Assembly: GCA_963764625.1 (NCBI GenBank)
Contig: CAVXTH010000009.1
Location: 128,001-192,000 of the forward strand
Origin: Candidatus Krumholzibacteriota bacterium
GTDB lineage: Bacteria > Krumholzibacteriota > Krumholzibacteriia > JAJRXK01
Direction of reading: 5' to 3'
DNA: 64,000 bases
The position numbers and the translations under genes were made by a program. The first letter of the stretch is position 1, and every line of letters begins with the position of its first letter. This document shows positions 61,940-64,000 of the stretch, one piece after another. Under the pieces are notes generated by a model, which did no database searches, was not told the origin of the DNA, and saw only the letters and a list, made by a program, of their open reading frames with translations.

Positions 61940-62639
61940 AAAGATCACTCTGAGCATCGATGGAAAGAGAGTCGAAGCCAAAGCCGGGAAGACCATCCTG
62001 GAAACGGCGCAGGAGAACGGAATCTACGTTCCGCACCTGTGTGCCTTCAAGGAGTTGCATCCGACGGGGGCGTGCCGCGTCTGTCTGGTGAGAGTGAATG
62101 GTCGGGTCATGGCCTCCTGCACGCAGCCGGTCAGCCAGGATGCGACGGTGGAGATCGAGACGCACGAGCTCCACGAGATGAGGCGCATGATCATCGAAAT
62201 GCTCTTCGCGGAAGGCAACCACTTCTGCCCGTGCTGTGAGAAGAGCGGGGATTGTGAGCTTCAAGCTCTCGCCTATCGCTTCGGCATCGAGAAAGTACGA
62301 TTTCCCTACCAGTTTCCCGATCGCCGCGTCGATGCCCAGCATCCCTACGTCTATGTCGATCATAACCGATGCATCCTCTGCGGCCGCTGCATCCAGGCGG
62401 CTCGGGAGCGCGAGAATGGGACGGCGTTCGAATTCATCGGGCGCGGGAAGAGCAAGAGAGTGGTGGTGACCCACGACATGGACCAGGAGAGCGCGGACGA
62501 GGCGGTCCAGGCCTGTCCGGTAGGAGCCATTTTGCGCAAGGCCAACGCGTTCGCGGTACCAGTCGGAAAGCGCCGCTTCGACCACACCCCTATCGGTTCC
62601 GAGGTCGAATCCGCTCATCCGGAGGTGAAAGCTCCATGA
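61932..62639 (+). CDS. hoxU: NAD-reducing hydrogenase Fe-S subunit
   Basis: PHLC, GACRVC, HFCPCCEKSGDCELQ, CILCGRC, ACPVGA. Confidence 0.93.
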   Translation: MAEKITLSIDGKRVEAKAGKTILETAQENGIYVPHLCAFKELHPTGACRVCLVRVNGRVMASCTQPVSQDATVEIETHELHEMRRMIIEMLFAEGNHFCPCCEKSGDCELQALAYRFGIEKVRFPYQFPDRRVDAQHPYVYVDHNRCILCGRCIQAARERENGTAFEFIGRGKSKRVVVTHDMDQESADEAVQACPVGAILRKANAFAVPVGKRRFDHTPIGSEVESAHPEVKAP

Positions 62640-63190
62640 CCACGGCAGTGAAACCGCGAATCGCGACCACGTCTTTGGCCGGATGCTTCGGATGTCACAT
62701 GTCCCTTCTGGACATCGACGAGCGAATCCTCGAACTGGTGGAACTCGCCGAGTTCGACCGCTGTCCTATCGACGACATCAAGGAATTCCACGCACACTGC
62801 GCGATCGGTCTGGTGGAAGGAGGATGCTCGAACGATGAAAACGTGCATGTGCTGCAAGCGATTCGCAAGAGCTGTCAGATCCTGGTGTCCGTCGGCGAGT
62901 GCGCGCGCACCGGAGGCATTCCCGCCCTGCGGAATCCAATCGCGCTCCGCGAATGTCTCGACGAGGCGTTCAAGAGCGGTCCGACCGTCTACAACCCGAG
63001 TGGGATGATCCCTAATGACCCTGAGATTCCACTGCTTCTGAACCGCGTCATTCCCTGTCACGAAGTGGTCAAAATCGATTATCACATCATGGGGTGCCCG
63101 CCGTCGGCGGAGACCCTTTGGAAGGTACTGACCGCTCTGCTATCGAACGAAGACGTGGAGTTGCCGTACGAACTCATCAAGTACGACTGA
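62636..63190 (+). CDS. hoxY: [NiFe] hydrogenase small subunit
   Basis: [23 protein letters not shown]. Confidence 0.93.
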   Translation: MTTAVKPRIATTSLAGCFGCHMSLLDIDERILELVELAEFDRCPIDDIKEFHAHCAIGLVEGGCSNDENVHVLQAIRKSCQILVSVGECARTGGIPALRNPIALRECLDEAFKSGPTVYNPSGMIPNDPEIPLLLNRVIPCHEVVKIDYHIMGCPPSAETLWKVLTALLSNEDVELPYELIKYD

Positions 63191-63263
63191 GCGATCGTTT
63201 CGAGTACGAGCGTACCAGCGGCCGGCTCGAGGACTTCCGGGCAGTTACCAAAAGGATTCGAGA

Positions 63264-64000
63264 ATGAACACGAGAGTCGTCATCGAGCCGGTCACGCGAG
63301 TGGAGGGTCACGGCAAGGTCACGATCCATCTGGACGACAAGGGAAACGTCGATCAGGCACGCCTGCACGTGGTGGAGTTCCGCGGTTTCGAGCGGTTCAT
63401 CCAGGGTCGACCCTATTGGGAAGTCCCCGTTCTGGTGCAGCGTCTCTGCGGAATCTGCCCGGTGAGCCACCACCTCGCCGCCTCCAAGGCCATGGACTAC
63501 GTCATCGGGGCCGAGAAGATCACTCCCACCGCGAAGAAGATCCGACGGCTCATGCACTATGGGCAGATCTACCAGAGCCATGCTCTCCACTTCTTTCATC
63601 TCGCGTCTCCCGACCTTCTCTTCGGTTTCGCGGAGACATGAAAAAGCGCAACGTCATCGGAGTCGCTCAGGAGTTTCCGCAGCTGGCCACGCAGGGCATC
63701 ATGATGCGCCGCTTCGGCCAGGAGATCATCGAAGCCACCGCGGGCAAGAGAATTCACGGCACAGGATCCATCCCCGGAGGGGTCAACAAGAACCTCTCGA
63801 TCGAGGAAAGGGACCATTTTTTGTCCTCGTCTGGATCAGCAGCTCGAGTGGTCCCGATCGGCGGTTGAACATCGCGCGCGAGTACACCCTGGGCCATCTC
63901 GAAACGGCCTCTCACTTCGCGGCCTTCGACTCAAACCATGTGGGCCTGGTCGACGATGCGGGAACCCTCGATCTGTACGACGGGAAACTCAAGGCCATCG
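63264..64000 (+). CDS. hoxH: [NiFe] hydrogenase large subunit, 3' truncated; frameshifts near 63630 and 63830-63870
   Basis: [24 protein letters not shown]1 motif, HALHFFHL. Confidence 0.92.

Noticed and set aside
63639-63641. TGA in hoxH as possible selenocysteine
   Set aside because: Not at a Cys-ligand position, and homology continues in a different frame (MKKRNVIG), so it is an indel.

Overview
GC-rich bacterial chromosomal window with no rRNA, tRNA, CRISPR array or mobile element recognised. A FlgD/T9SS-like C-terminal sorting domain hints at an FCB-superphylum lineage (inference only). At least 12 otherwise intact genes carry single-base frameshifts, which suggests an error-prone assembly. 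The window is rich in extracytoplasmic redox systems: (i) a TlpA-DUF4266-DUF3570-ApbE flavinylation cluster, followed by a hidden selenoprotein candidate split by the ORF caller (in-frame UGA in a U-G-Y-C motif, SECIS-like hairpin, resemblance to the N-terminal domain of animal selenoprotein P); (ii) an exported trio of a MauG-type diheme enzyme, a Tat-exported Trp-rich metallophosphoesterase-fold protein and a SoxA/TsdA-like cytochrome; (iii) an operon behind a sigma54-type promoter motif encoding a heme-b-type membrane protein, a permuted ferredoxin/flavin NAD(P)H oxidoreductase and a 20-heme cytochrome, near a HoxFUYH NAD-reducing hydrogenase; (iv) an IorAB-type molybdoenzyme, an exported truncated globin and a DPSL ferritin. 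Housekeeping and transport genes include MacAB-type ABC, RND, Amt plus porin, SSS, SLC12-like, MFS, a K+ channel, mutM, tricorn protease and an ECF sigma module. All family calls come from motif recognition by eye, not database searches.
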